A DNA stretch of 64,000 nt, taken from contig OX597817.1 of the NCBI GenBank assembly GCA_951406725.2, positions 17,794,001 through 17,858,000 on the forward strand, read 5' to 3'. The notes beneath the pieces were generated by a model, which searched no databases, was not told the origin of the DNA, and saw nothing but the letters and a program-made list of their open reading frames with translations. Made by a program: the position numbers and the translations under genes. This DNA is from Octopus vulgaris (lineage: Eukaryota). Positions 49,828-64,000 of the stretch are shown one piece after another (the stretch's first letter is position 1; the number at the start of each line of letters is the position of its first letter).

Positions 49828-50031
49828 CTTTTCTACTCTAGGCACAAGGCCCGAAATTTTTGGGGAGGTGATCAGTTGATTAGATCAACTCCAGTACGCA
49901 ACTGCTACTTACTTTATCGACTCTGAAAGGATGAAAGGCAAAGTTGACCTTGGCAGAATTTGATATAAAGACAGATGAAATACCACTAAACATTTTGACC
50001 AGCATGCTAACATTTCTGCCATCTCACCACC
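49828..50031 (-). mobile_element. SINE family B (variant tail)
   Basis: Reverse complement of head and body, flanked by a TTCTRAATTCATT duplication. Confidence 0.78.
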
Positions 50032-51588
50032 TTCTAAATTCATTATGGGCTGCATATAGTGGTATTTGTACCCAACATATCTGTCCTACTGTTAAGATCC
50101 TACTCTAGAGAATGGAGGCTAAATACTGTGTTATCATTGATTGAGTTTAAATTTACTCAGACTCAGATAAATTTGATCTAATAGATTGCACTGAAAATAC
50201 TGTAGTGTTTTATTACAGTGTTTTGTAATTTCCACAGAAGACCTTTATTGTGTTGACTATGTGATGTATATGTAGGAGAGATAAGCAAATCAGTTTATAT
50301 TTGGTGGGTGAAGAGTTTGATGGTGAAAACTACCCGTAGCTGGGAGGAGTGATGAAATCAGATCCAAAAAGATTGGCCATATGAATAAGATGAAACACAT
50401 TGGAAGATGCCATAGAGCAGACCTCTAAAACCAAATTTTAAAAAAGAGTTATAATGATCTTAAGATAATTAAAATAATCTAAACAATGAATTTTTGATGA
50501 TCTGAATAAATGAGCTGGTTTTAGTTCAGAGTTGTGAATCACGTATCAAAATATTTGACCCCATGGATGAAATGATCAAAACAAGTGGCATTATATAGTG
50601 CTGTAGACTTATTAACTGGTGCCAATATAGAAATATAGATGAGGAAGGGCAGCTGTATAAATCATGCTAGAGCAAACAGTAGAGCTTGGTGCAGTCCTCT
50701 GGTTCACCATCTGTCAAACCATCCAACTGATGCCAGCATAGAAAACAAGCATTAAATGATGATGATGTACTGAAAATCTATTATATCGAAGCAAGCCCCA
50801 CCACCTCCATAAGAGGGGATACTAGGCTAACTATTGAAAGTTCCTAGCATTCCACATCGTACCATGGAAACGTCAGCTGTTTGCTGATATGACCCATGAT
50901 AGTTGGGCTACTGGGCTATCTCACTATGAACGCATGCTGTTCTTTTAGAAGAAAACCAACCATTATATCTAGTAGTATTAATCTCCAGATAGCTAAATAG
51001 CCCCATCCCAACATTAAACCACTTATTATTCTGTTAGAAGTAAGAAGAAAGGAGTGTTAAAACCAAACTGAACAGGGTAGTAGGGACTTTGTTCAAAGTC
51101 TCCCTTGACCTCAAGTGGCCTGAACTCTTTACATTAACACCACCCTGTACATAACTACATGTCCCCCTACATGGCCTTGCTTTTTTGCTTTTGAGCCAAA
51201 AATTAACTACCTAACTAGGGACCCTGCTACCTGTGATGTGATTGAATGTCCTTTTCTATTCAGCCAATTGTGAAGGAAAGAAGCAAACAAACAAATGGAA
51301 ACAATGCAGCAAAGAGAAGATTCTTTCATTTTGTCGAAGTTGAGAGCACTCTTTAGTCTTGTGGTGGTATGGGGTGTAACCACTTTAGTACCAGTGTTAT
51401 ATAAAATGCACCCAGAGCTCTGCAAATTGATTGGCATTCAATAATCATTGTTTGTGTGAATTACTTGATTCAAATTTAGATCCTTAGAATATTTATTTGA
51501 ATTAAGCATTGTCATTAATTTATTTCCTATGAAGATTAATACACAGAAAATAATTTCTTATTTATTTTTGTATATTTATCTCTTACAG

Positions 51589-51730
51589 TTTGGTGCCTTC
51601 TTGCCAGCAAAGTACAGTTCCGGCACCAGCACCAGCAAAACGTCAAACTGTATCTCCCTTTCAGAACCCCGTTGATAAAGTTGACTATGTCCTTGCTAGA
51701 TTAGACGATCTTTTGAATTGGGGCCGAAAA
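51589..51730 (+). CDS. NDUFS7: NDUFS7 coding exon 3 (...PVDKVDYVLARLDDLLNWGRK)
   Basis: Acceptor TCTCTTACAG at 51588 and donor AA|GTAAGA at 51731. Translation contains the PSST N-terminal helix motif YVxAxLDDLxNWxR. Phase 2 in, phase 0 out. Confidence 0.93.
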
Positions 51731-51844
51731 GTAAGAAATATTCCTTTTTACTTCTCTCTCTCTCTCTATCTCTCACAGTAAACATTATCTTTTCAGTTGG
51801 TATACTTCATGTTCATGTGCTATATATTTGCATACACACACACA

Positions 51845-52385
51845 CACATCTTGTCTTTTACCAGTTCCAGTGATTGTACTGCAACCATACTGGGGCATCA
51901 CTTTGTAGGGTTCAGTCAAACAAATCAGCCACAATATTTTTTTTTTATGCCTGGTACTTATTCTGTCATTCTCTTTTGCTGAACTACTAAGTTAAAGGGA
52001 TGTAAACAAACCAATACCTGTTGCCAAGCAATGGGTGGGAGACAGATATATAAATATATATATTCTTTTACTTGTTTCAGTCATTTGACTGTGGCCATGC
52101 TGGAGCACCACTTTAAATGGTTTTAGTCAAAGAATCACAGGCACAAAATAATATTTATATGTACCCCAGCATGGCCACAGCCTCAGGGCTAAAACATATA
52201 AAAGAAGATATATATATATATATACGATAGGCTTCTTTCAGTTTCCGTCTACCAAATCTACTCACAAGGCTTTGGGCAGCCCAAGACTATAGTAGAAGAC
52301 ACTTGCCCAAGGTGCTACGCAGTGGGACTGAACCTGGAACCATGTGGTTGTAAAGCAAGCTTCTTACCACACAGCCACACCTATA
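51845..52385 (-). mobile_element. Composite of degenerate SINE family A copies
   Basis: Family A tail, body and head segments in reverse complement. Confidence 0.75.
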
Positions 52386-52654
52386 TAATAATCATTGCTT
52401 TATGTCCATTTTCCATGTTGGCATGGATTGTATGGATCATTGTTGTCAGAATCAGCATATATTCAAGGGGTATGCTCAACTAAACAGGTGTGGACCCTTC
52501 ATCTTGCTCACATATTATTTTTTGCTCAGTTTCCATGCTTGGATGCCCTTCTTAATATCAACAATTTTACAGAATGTGCTGATTTTTTTTTTTTTTCTTA
52601 CTAGAAAGGTGTTGGGTACATGCCAAAACTAAAAGGGTCCTCACAAAATATTCT

Positions 52655-53448
52655 TTACAGAGTGTACATTGTGCATATTTTTATAAAGCCACCATTTTTG
52701 ACACAGCTAAAGGGACTTCAGAACCCCATGTCTCTCCTTGTTCACCACTGTCTTTACAGGGTGAGAAACATGAGTGAACAAGGCATGATGGTGATGGGGA
52801 AATAAACGACAAGTACCTGGTATTTTGAAATAAGTATATATTTACAAGGCAACATGACTAAGATGACAGGGAGATGTCAGAGGTCTGGTACTCAGACAGT
52901 AGAGTAATGACAGAGGCTCAGGATGTCTGAGAAAATAGAAATGTGAGTATGCCAGCAGACAGATTGACATGGAGTGATGACAGGCAGTACAAAAGAGGAG
53001 GGTAGAGTGAGCTAGATACAAGTGATCCAATGTAGCCAGCTATTCATAGATGAGATGGGTCAGAGAAGTTGATTGAGAAGGGTGGTGGCATGGCAAATGG
53101 AAAGCAGGTGTAGTTTTGTGCCATTTGAGAGATTACAGATGAAAGAAGACAGAGAGGTGTTTTGTAATGTAGATACATGAATACTCCTGCTGGGAAAGAA
53201 AGGAGAGTGAGTTAGAGAGTAAGTTAAAGAGAGATGATGATGATGATGGCAAAGATGTTGAGACATGCTCTTGAGGAACTCTGGAGGTGGTGAGAATATG
53301 TGAGGGCTTGGGCTGGATGAAGCCTTGTTCACTCATGTTTCTCACCCTGTAAAGACTGGTGAACAAGGAGAGACATGGGGTTCTGAAGTCCCTTTAGTTG
53401 TGTCAAAAGTGGTGGCTTTATAAAAAATGCACACTGTACACTCTGTAA
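52655..53448. repeat. ~130-bp inverted duplication (arms 52655-52784 and 53322-53448)
   Basis: GGGACTTCAGAACCCCATGTCTCTCCTTGTTCACCA...GTGAACAAGGC and its reverse complement about 540 bp downstream, with few mismatches. Confidence 0.9.
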
Positions 53449-53479
53449 TGATGAAGAGAAATATAGGATAGGCTTGGAG

Positions 53480-54965
53480 GTGAGGGGTAGATATGTGAGG
53501 GCCTAGATGAAGTGTATTTTGGATTTGTATGATTTATTCCTGAAATCGTCTCACTATGAGAAATTAAAGAATTAGTTATAAGTAGACTCCTATACCTGAC
53601 AATAAGGTCTTTGAAGGGTTCCACAGGCAATACAAGCTATGCTCAGAAATTTAGTGTGCAGGCAGGGGTCAGCCAGGATCAATTCACAGTCCCCCTCTGT
53701 TCATTATAGTCCTCCAAGTTACAACAAATGGGTTTAAAATCAGCTGTTAGTAGGAACACCTATATACTGATGACTTAGTTCTTACAACTGAATCTGTAGT
53801 AGATTTAGATAAATTCAGGACCTGAAAGCAAAACCTAGAATTGAGAATCCTTAGTGAAAATTCAGTGATGGCTGAAATATTAGTAAATACCAAGAAGACA
53901 GGTCTCTGCATTATGCATGACCATTTCCTGTCAGGGAATTTGTCATGCTCAATGCCTATAAAAGGTGTAGGCAAGAATTTCATATGATGTACACAGTATA
54001 AACGATGCACAAAATGTCAGACTTACAGAGTAGGCAGACCTCATGTGCAGCAGGTGTACAGGAGCAGTATGTACCAGGTGTACACACAGTAAATTTTCTT
54101 AAATATTCAGATGACAACTTAATAGTTTATAGCTAGCTTGGCTGGCTTCTGTGCCGGTGGCACGTTAAAAGCTCCAACCGATCGTGGCCGATGCCGGACC
54201 CCCCCTGGCACCTGTGCAGGTGGCACGTAAAAAGCACCCACTACACTCGCAGAGTGGTTGGTGTTAGGAAGGGCATCCAGCTGTAGAAACTCTGCCAGAT
54301 CAGACTGGAGCCTGGTGCAGCCCCTGGCTTCCCAGACCCCAGTCAAACCGTCCAACCCGTGCTAGCGCGGAAAACGGACGTTAAACGATGATGATGATGA
54401 TGATTACATAGGTGACCCGATTTGTAATGAGGGGCATGTTTTGAAAGCATAGAAGCCAGAGGAAGAACAGGTTCAAAAAGTTCAAGGAGTTACCTTTGCT
54501 AGTAACAAAGGGTTTCTCGCTTTCAGAGTGAAGGGCAGATTGTATGATGCTTGTATGCAAAGTATGATACTGAATGATAACAAGATATGAAACTTGAGTA
54601 TAGCTGATTTGTAAAAACTAAAGGGAAATGAAGCAAGCATGCTCTATTGAGTGACTAAAGTGAGAGTGCATGTATGGCAGTATACAAATGAAGTGAAAAA
54701 CTGGAATAAAAGTAATCATATTTAGTGCGTAAGAGAGATGTCACTGGTACAGACTTGTGATGGAGGGTGACAGTTGTTTAAAAAAAAGTACCACACACAA
54801 AGTGAATGAACCCTAGGGAAGGGAGAAGCTGAGAAACACTTGAGACTAAGTGGTCTTGAAATGTGTATCACACAGAGAGGATGACAAAAGCCCATGTTTG
54901 ACAACATACAGTACTGGAGGAGACCCAACCACTTGTGCAAGCATGATGAATAAGGTGTTGAAAAA
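53480..54965 (+). mobile_element. Decayed RTE LINE fragment interrupted by a family C element
   Basis: GVSQDQF..PPLFIIVLQ, YTDD (53763-53774), KGRLYDACMQS. Homologous to the other RTE relics in the window. Confidence 0.78.
54140..54404 (+). mobile_element. Family C retroelement copy
   Basis: Monomers, body and (GAT)n tail. Confidence 0.88.
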
Positions 54966-57449
54966 TGGTAGTAGTGATTAATGCTGGGACACATAATATA
55001 TATTTTCTGTCAAATCTACATCTACTTTCTATCCTGCCTCTTTGATACTCTCTCATCTCTATCACTCACCCTCTCCTGTTCACTATATTATGCTACTGGT
55101 GGAACTAAGAATTGCTGTGGATCTTTTCTACTCCCTCTACAATACTCCCTGTGTAACCCAGTTATTATTGTTCTTGTCAGACACTCATTTTTCTAATACT
55201 CACTTTCACTTTCATCACTGTACCATACCATCCTTGTGATGAAGGATGGTATTGGACTTACTTATATCCAGTCTCTTCTCTTCACCATTCTTGTTATTCT
55301 CACTCATCACGAAGTCTATATATAAGAATAGTATTGGGTCTGTTTGTTCTCAATATGCTATTGTAAATTCTGTACTGCCAGTCATCACTTTGTCTTCTTC
55401 TTTCTGTCACTTGTTATTGACGTCCATTACTCAATCTTACTATTGTTCACCTCTGTTATATCCATCACTCTATTCTGAACATACCCTTACTTCTTTCATC
55501 CACCCTTGCAGGTTCTTCTGTTTTGGCTGTGTCTTCTATTCACGTTAGTCATGTCGCCTTCAGCACATCTTACACTACTAAGGATTCTTTAATATTATAA
55601 GGTACAAGATAACTTCATTTGTTCATGGTGTAAAGTTGTTGACAATTGAGTGGAAACAACATAGGAGCAAGAGGATCCTTTAGTCTTGTTGAGAATAGGA
55701 CACTTTCTAGTGATGGTCCCACAATAAAATACACCCAGCACACTCTGTAAAGTGGTTGTTGGTAGCAAGTGCATCCAGCAATTGAAATCCTGCCAAAGAT
55801 GAGGCATAGTTCTCCAACCTATTAAGAGGGGCAGTAACTCTCAATAAGAACTGATTTGGATTATAGTGATTCATCCAAGCCATGCCAGCCTGGAAAGCAG
55901 ATATAAAATAATGTGAAACTTTTATATTGCAACTCAGAGGACTGGACATTATTCTGGATTATGCCAATCTCAGTTCACATCAAAGGTGAACGCATTCTTT
56001 TCATTTGCATTGCTGTTAAGTTTGAGAAGCTTGCTTCACAACTATGTAATCTCAGGTTCAGTTCCGCTGCATGGTACCTTGGGCAATGTCTTCTGCTATA
56101 GCTCTGGGTCAACCAAAGCCTTTTGAGTGGATTTGATAGACAGAAACTGAAAAAAAGAGACCCATCATGTATTATAGATATATACTCAGTGAGTAGCGTC
56201 CTTGCCTACCTGCTAGAGGCCTTGGTCTGAGGACCACTCATGTCTAGAAACTGAGGTTGGGGTAAGTAAGGGTATGTTCCCCGTAGAAAATCCAGCTCCA
56301 AAAATCTTCATTATAGCAGAGGAGAATGGGCACCAGCCAGCCCAAAGGTTGAGATGGGCTGCAACTACCTACCTCAGTTGCTTTGACATTGAGGTAGATC
56401 CAGCCACCCCTATTAATGGGGACAAAACCCAGATTTGAAACACTGGATGATAATGATACACACACACACACACACACACACAAGTCTTTTGCTATAGCCC
56501 TAGGTATACCAGTGCCTTGTGGGTGAATTTGGTAGATGGATTTTATAAGGTCTTGCATTCTGTTTTCTAGGTGCATTTTACACAGCACCAGCACCACTGG
56601 TGCTTGTAGCAGAAATTATCCACTACCTCTGAAAATCCTCCAGGGCATTTTAGAAAACTTATTTCCTATGTATCTGTAGATCTTCCTCTCCATGAGTCAT
56701 AAGTTTCATCTTTTTCTAGAAGTCATCATACAGACTTATAATTACTTTTTGATTTACTACTTATCAGCACAATGTGTCAAGTGTGATCTTCAGTTCATAT
56801 GCCCAAGAGCCATCCCATTTTAAGCATTATCTTAGATCTATGACAAATATGGTCCAAATAGTTATGGGAGTAACTTCTTAATCACACGATTTAATTTTCT
56901 CTGTCACATATTATTCCCATGTAAGACACTGCGTGCATTAATGTTTTAGGCAATGTGGTTGCTGTTTTTTTCTCTCCCATATGAAGCCTTTTTAAAGTAG
57001 CGCTAACCACAACAAACACAGAGTACAAACTATAGCAACAGGTAAGAACTATTTAGTAAGAACAAAACTTGTATTTCTGTTGATGTAAGAATGGAAATGA
57101 GATGATAAAATGGTGAAGTAGTGAGGTGGGAAAAAGTACTGTATAATTACAGCTAGTTGAAAAGTTATCAGGTTCTTTGCTCTTGCACTTCTGACTTGGG
57201 TCATTAAAAACTCCACATCCTGCTCACATGTACTTAATGCTCCATAGCCTAAGATGAAAGACATTCCATTTGACACATAAAATACGTCAGGGTACAATAT
57301 TATCTCGTGATTGTTTTTGTTTTTTTTTTTAATTTAGATGGAGTTGATTATCCTGTTTATGCTATTGCTCATTAAGGAGTTAGTTGAGTGGTAATGGTAG
57401 TGGTTGCACTGGGGTTGACGGGGATGAAATTTGATTCATATATAAATAT

Positions 57450-57722
57450 ATCACGTGACCGACCAGACCATCAGATGTTGTTACACATCGCTGGTCACAA
57501 TGCGTTCGCATTGTTTTAGCCTTTGAATGACGCCACCCCGCTGGCCAACAGAAGAAAGAGTGGTGAAAGAGTACAGCAGGGATCACCACCCCCTGCCGGA
57601 GCCTCGTGGAGCTTTTAGGTGTTTTCACTCAATAAACACTCACAACGCCCGGTCTGGGAATTGAAACCGTGATCCTGTGACCGCGAGTCCACTGCCCTAA
57701 CCACTAGGCCATTGCACCTCCA
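57450..57722 (-). mobile_element. tRNA-derived SINE sharing its head with family D
   Basis: Minus strand GGAGGTGCAATGGCCTAGTGGTTAGGGCAG...GGTTTCAATTCC. First ~130 nt match 30317-, then the 3' part differs. Confidence 0.8.
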
Positions 57723-58652
57723 CATATAAATATATATAGATATAAATAGATACTTGTTGTGACCCAAAATAATTATGCACAAACACACAAAAGCATTCAG
57801 TGAAAAATTCTACCTCACACTCCTTGATGTATAGTGATGCATACAGATACAGTTTTATATTGAGATATGACCTTTTGACTAAGGAGAAAGTGTAAATTAC
57901 AATTTTTCCAAGTTTCGGTAAGAGTGAAATTACAGAGCATATCCCAAAATTCATGGTGCTACTTTAAAATTCCTGTAAAATGAAATGCTGTAACCTGGTG
58001 TCAGAACCTATGACTAAAGCTGATTGTCAGATTCTAGTGTGCCACTAAGATTTCACTTTAGTTTGTCATTTAAATCCCACAAGGTAAGATCTTTACCAAA
58101 GCCTCAGCTATTTCATTGTAGAATGAATCTTTTGTCATTGAATTTCATTCTTAACATCAAACACTCAACAGCTTAAGTTTTTCATGGGTTGAGTAATGCA
58201 AGTTATGCATTTTTTTTTTTTATTCAAGGATTTCTTGGATTTGACCCCTCAAAAATATTCTACTTTTTATTTGAAACCAAAATGCTTGTTTTTGTATATG
58301 AGCACAAAACCTTTGGGTCAGCGGTGTAGTCATGCAACCCAGGCATTTCCCTTTTCAGCAATATGTTATTATGATATAATTATTGAGCTATTAATTTGTT
58401 CGTCAAGATTTACAACCAGCCAAGCTGGTAGGAAGCAAGATTGCCCAACAAATTGTGAACAGTTTGTATCCATCATCAATTCATTCCACCTAATTGTAAT
58501 TAGGCTGTTGTTTAAATCAACTAAGCTCTGATCAAACAGAATATAATCATCTGTGATCATCTAATCTTTTTCAATATCCAGGACAACATTATCCAATATG
58601 ACTTAAGGGATATTTGGCTGTTATTTCTAGCAGATCAAGTAACTGAGTAGAG

Positions 58653-59024
58653 CAGACATGGGCGACCTTTTTCAAGAAGCAGGCTATGTGAGACGTGGCT
58701 CATTATCAGGTGCACTGCACTATAAAAAAATTAACCCTTTAGCATTCCAATTACTTTATGAAATGTTATGCTTATTTATTCACCTTGCATTGAATTAATC
58801 GTGTATTAATTTGTAGCACCATGATTTCAAATGATGTGATTGTTTACTTTTTAGAATGGCATTGTAGAGGAGGTGTGAAAGGTCAGATCTAGCTGGTTTG
58901 AACTTAAAATAAGTAGAATATTCAGGCTGGGTATGGCCTGTTTAAATGCTAAAGGGTTAAAGGCAATTTTTTTGTTAAGTATTCCATTCGGAGAGTCTTG
59001 TGGGCCACAGTTTACCCATGACTG
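58653..59024. mobile_element. Old hAT-type MITE with a nested piggyBac MITE (58735-58956)
   Basis: Termini CAGACATGGG and CCCATGACTG. Internal TTAA|CCCTTTAG...CTAAAGGG|TTAA. Confidence 0.7.
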
Positions 59025-59938
59025 GCATGGAGCTTTCTTTGGCACAAGAAGGAAGTGAAGTGCAGTTTGACTGTTGTAAACAGTAGAGTCTATAATCAAT
59101 AAACCTGTCACCAGCTTGCAGTACAGAGCTTATATGTCCCAGAAAGCAACAGGTAATTACCGAAATTTATCTTCTCTTGAATCAGGATGATGTTATCAGC
59201 AGTCTCCCAGTCTCACCTGATATGCTTATAGGATATTACTTATCCTTTTCATTACCCATGAGATTGGCATCTGTATTAGTATGGGTTGAATGTTTCTCTC
59301 TCTCTCTCTCTCTCTTTTACAAATTTTAATATTTGTATATCAATGTTAGTCACCACCTTAACTTAGATCTCTTTGAACTAGATAAACATGGTTTCTATTT
59401 ACATGATTTATGTAAGCAGAGTAACGTACCTTGCCTGAGGATACAGCATAATGGTGGGTTAATTTCCTGGCTTTGTTAACAGTAACACAGTACTTTAATT
59501 TCATACCCTTTTTTTTTTTTTGATTTTTCAACAGTTTATTTTGTTGATAATAGCCACCTGATTTTTAGTCAGTGTCCTATATTTATTTATCTAAATAAGG
59601 AATTTTTTTATTAGTATTTAAATTTTTTTTTACAGTATTTAATTTTAGTGAAGCCCCATAAATGACTGTGTTCAAACATTACAATAGCTTCTGGTCAAGC
59701 TAGCTACACTAATATGCATGCATCATTTTTACCTGACTAGCAACAGGTTCCATACAATTGGTTCTGTGTTGACTTCACAATTGTGTGGTTAATACTACAA
59801 AGAACATCCAGCTGTAAAAAGAATTGCTTCATTAAAAAAAAATGCATCCTTACTATGATACTTAGCAGTTTTCCAGAAGAGATCTTGCACATTCAGTACC
59901 ATCTATGAAATAGATATGTTCTTTCTTTCTTTCTTTTT

Positions 59939-60141
59939 CTTTTACTTGTTTCAGTCATTTGACTGCGGCCATGCTGGAGCACTGCCTTTAGTCAAACAAA
60001 TCAACCCCAGGACTTATTCTTTGTAAGCCTAGTGCTTATTCTATCGGTCTCTTTTGCCGAACTGCTAAGTTACAGGGACGTAAACACACCAGCATCGGTT
60101 GTCAAGCGATGTTGGGGGGACAATCACAGACACAAACATAT

Positions 60142-60204
<63 letters not shown>

Positions 60205-60373
60205 TATGCAACGGGCTTCTTTCAGTTTCCATCTGCCAAATCCACTCACAAGGCTTTGGTCGACCCAAGGCTATAGTAGAAGACACTTGCCCAAGGTGCC
60301 ACGCAGTGGGACTGAACCCAGAACCATGTGGTTGGTAAGCAAGCTACTTACCACATAGCCACTCCTACGCCTA
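59939..60373 (-). mobile_element. SINE family A copy
   Basis: Full-length reverse complement of 1043-1446. Confidence 0.9.
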
Positions 60374-62074
60374 TTTTGATAATATTTTTAAAGAAATCTT
60401 TGAATAATTTTTATAACTATTTTCAAAGTGCCATTGATCTCCCTTTGCAAAAGTGTACTTACATCCATGTGTGACTTGTTTGTTTTAAAACAGTGTGTCA
60501 GGTTTCAGAATTGAATGGTTTGTGACACACATAAGCATACACTTATTAATGAAGTTATCCTACTCACTACATCAAGTGTGTTAGCACTCACTTCATAAAT
60601 ATCTCTAGTTGACAATAGGCTCCATTCCTACTTTACTGATAAGTAGGTAGCTGTAATAAGGGAGAAAAGAAACCCATACCACTCATAGTATAAAAAACAG
60701 CTTGAAATACTAAAATAATGTTTACATTCACTCACACACTAATAAATCTATATAGACTTACTGTCAGCGAGTGACTAGGAAAATATTTGCTGTTAACCAA
60801 ATCACTTACTTATTGTCAATTAAATATTCATACCTTATCACAACATTGCAGTTTGCCTACCAATTTTTACACTACAAATATGTTAACCCTATGTAACTGA
60901 ATCTATGCACAATCCCAAAATACATACAGTACTGGACCCCAGTTAAAATGGCTCTCAAGGATGGTCCAAACTGTTTGTATATTCATTAAAACTGCTATAA
61001 TTTTACTTGCTTTCAAAGCAAGTAACCTAAAAAGGCTTTCATATATTGAACCACTTGGCAAACATATTTTGTGATATTCCATTTAATATATTATTTTTAA
61101 AATGCCTCATATTTATTATTGCAGCTGTACAATATAGTTCATTTATTTGCCATAGCCCTATGCAACCTTCAGCAAGTTCTGTGGTGGCTTCTTTTTGACC
61201 TTATATAAAACATTTTGCAGTGTTGTCATTGCATAGCTTTCAAAATGTATTTTGGTGTTACAACCTCATATTGATATTATGTTGCGAAAAGACTCAACAA
61301 AAAGCATTTCACTTAATTTTAGAAATATGTTGATGTAGCTTGATGAATAGAATTATTTTCCCTATTTTAAGTTCACTGTACAGAATCAATTACAAGGGTT
61401 AAAAGTGTATTGTCATCATTATTGTTTTAACCTCAACTTTTCCATGTTTGCATGGGTCAGACAAAATTTGGTGAGACAGGTGTTGTACAGTTGGATGCCT
61501 TATTTTGTTGCCAACCTCTACCTCTTTCCAAGCAAAATAATATTTCCCCTTGTCCTTCAAATTGAAAGACACACACATTCATATACACTCTTTCAAATGC
61601 TTACACACACCTGTGTGTGTGTTAACCAAATTCACTCACAAATCTTTTGTCAGCTCAGGACTATGGCAGAAGACTCTTGTCCAAGATGCAACACAGTGAA
61701 ACTGAATCTGAAAGTACATGATTGCAAAGGTGACTGTTCTAAGATGAGGCTACAGCTTTAGAATCTGTGTTGTCTCTGTACAGTATTTCCTACTAAGGAA
61801 GGCTAAGAAGCCAGAAACATGTCTTGGAGTCTGCTAGTGGGAAACAATAAGCAAATATACTGTTTTTACCTTTTACCATAAGTGAGATTTTTTTTTCTCA
61901 TAGTAACTGCAGTGAATTTACCTTTAGAAGTTAAAATATGTCGCAAACATATTTTAACGTTAATTTGGTACAACTTGTCTAATCATTGCTGTATAGTTTA
62001 TTCATTTTCATAGATAACATATAAACATTGTTTCTTCTTTATTGTACTGCTTTGTTAATGAGCTGAGTAAAAGT

Positions 62075-62945
62075 TACAATTAGAGCCATTTTACACTACC
62101 AGTGGAAAAAAATGGACTGAGAGCAAGGGCAACAGCAAAGGAAATTAATGATGTTGAAGGCTCGGCAACTGTACCTGATTTGTGTGGCACAAAATTGATT
62201 CAGATGTTTCAAGGAAGATGACACCTTCCTAGAAAACAAACCGAGGTCAGGGAGATCTTCTGTTGTAGAAAATGAGTCCTTACTTGAAATGGTTGAACAA
62301 CAGCAAAGCATAAGCACTCTTATATTGTTGGCAGAACTTGGTCCTTCACAAAGCACCATCAGTCAACACCTCTGTAAGCTTGGTCTTGTGAACAGATGCT
62401 GCCAAAAAGTTCCTCCTGAACTGACTTGATGACTAGGCTCAATGATATGTGAACATTTGCAAACAACTGCTAGCAATTCCTTGAGATGTCCACTTTCGGA
62501 CAATGGCATTGAATTGTAATTGGGGATGGAAAATGAATCTATTTTCATAATCCTAATAAGAGAAATCAGTGGCTCCATTCCAGCCAGGCTTCAGAAATGG
62601 TTGTCAAACAAGGGCAGTTTGAACAGTTCCTGTTGTGTGTTTGGTGGAATTTTGAGCAGTTGTTGCACTTTGAGCCTGTTCCAGATGGTCAAACTGTGAA
62701 TGCTAACCTTTACACTCAACAGCTGCAACAAGTATGTGATGCTTTGAAAGCTTGCTACTTGGCGTTGATTAGTTGATGATGTGCACTCCTACAACATGAC
62801 CATGCCCCAGCACATACTGCCAAGGTATCCAAGCACAAACTTGAGAAACTGGAAGTGCTGCCTCACATTGCCTACAGTCCAGACTTTGCACCATCAGATT
62901 ACCACCTTTTCCAAGCCATGGTTCATTTCCTGCATGGACGAAGGA
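62075..62945 (+). mobile_element. Decayed mariner transposase
   Basis: LENKPRSGRSSV, LLCVWWNFE, LLQHDHAPAHTAK and PHIAYSPDFAPSDYHLFQAM. Confidence 0.88.
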
Positions 62946-63570
62946 AATTTAGACCTCTTTTTCTTACAACAGACTGACACATTCTCATTTTGAAATGTTT
63001 GTTTTAGCATCTGCAGATGCAAACTATCACAAGTTCACTCAGGTTCCACAGTATCGTTTTGTTACAGAATTAAGCTGGTATGATGTAGTTTAAGTTGATA
63101 ATAGCATTTAAATCCAGATGAACTATATTTTGTGAGACATCCGCAAGAAATTCTTGACTCAACAAAAACAACTGTATCTTTGATTCCTTGACCTATGGAA
63201 GATTTTAGGTAAGGCCTTGCATTCTGTTTTCTAGCAAGCATTGAGAAGGCTTTATGTGGAAAAAGGGGATAAATGACACAAACACTTTGTGGATCAAATA
63301 TGCTGTCAGGATTGAAAGCTGTCTTATTGGGGGATTTAGTGTACAGGGTGCATGAAATAGTTAACAATGAGTCTTGAGTGAAAGATTGTTTTACAAACCC
63401 ATTTAAACTTTTCGAGTATGGATTCCCAGGTTTTAAAACAGTGATGGTGATGATAAAGATTTCATTTCTGTATGATAAAATTTACAATTTTTAAATGATA
63501 TTTTGATCTTTTGTTTTCCTTCAAAGTTTTGGATGACTTTTATTTACTACAATTTTTGCTGTTTTCATAG

Positions 63571-63756
<186 letters not shown>

Positions 63757-64000
63757 TAAAGAGTTTATACATTTATGCATTTATTTCTTCCATTTCTCTT
63801 GAAAAGAAATAAATAAGAGTCTATATGAAACTTACCATTTATACAACAAGTTTGATACCTTGAATAATTAATTTTTTAGGTATTCAACTTTTCTTAAGAG
63901 AGGATATATATATTGCATTTATTTGAATCCAGTATATAATCTCTATTTCATTTCAAATGCTCTCGCTCTCTCGCATAAATTACATTTAACTAATTATAAG

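Noticed and set aside
63060-63400. 101-aa minus-strand ORF in NDUFS7 intron 3
   Set aside because: No clear domain or splice signals. It may be an old LINE endonuclease relic, but this cannot be supported.

Overview
This is an AT-rich, repeat-dense metazoan window. Its SINE, microsatellite and transposon mix suggests an octopus or other coleoid cephalopod; that is an inference from repeat content only. The one firmly supported host gene is NDUFS7 (complex I PSST subunit) on the + strand. Four coding exons lie at 41323-41338, 47421-47538, 51589-51730 and 63571-63750, have GT-AG ends and compatible phases, and the gene continues past the window. Only 65 bp upstream, a divergent ATG starts an 8-codon exon (MADAQDLK|GTTTGT) that resembles exon 1 of PIAS-family SUMO E3 ligases, so bases 1-41233 are probably its first intron. 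The rest is mostly decayed mobile DNA: three mariner relics, Chapaev3-like, hAT and pogo/Tc2-like elements, RTE and CR1/L2-type LINE relics, piggyBac and hAT MITEs, non-autonomous Helitrons, several SINE families and microsatellites. The most interesting observations are the ultra-compact bidirectional promoter, two Penelope-type hammerhead-like motifs (one inside a 69-bp-arm palindrome), an RTE-tailed element with a variable array of 63-bp structured monomers, and several long fold-backs. No CRISPR, rRNA or true tRNA gene was seen. All calls were made by eye without database searches, and the edges of decayed repeats are approximate.
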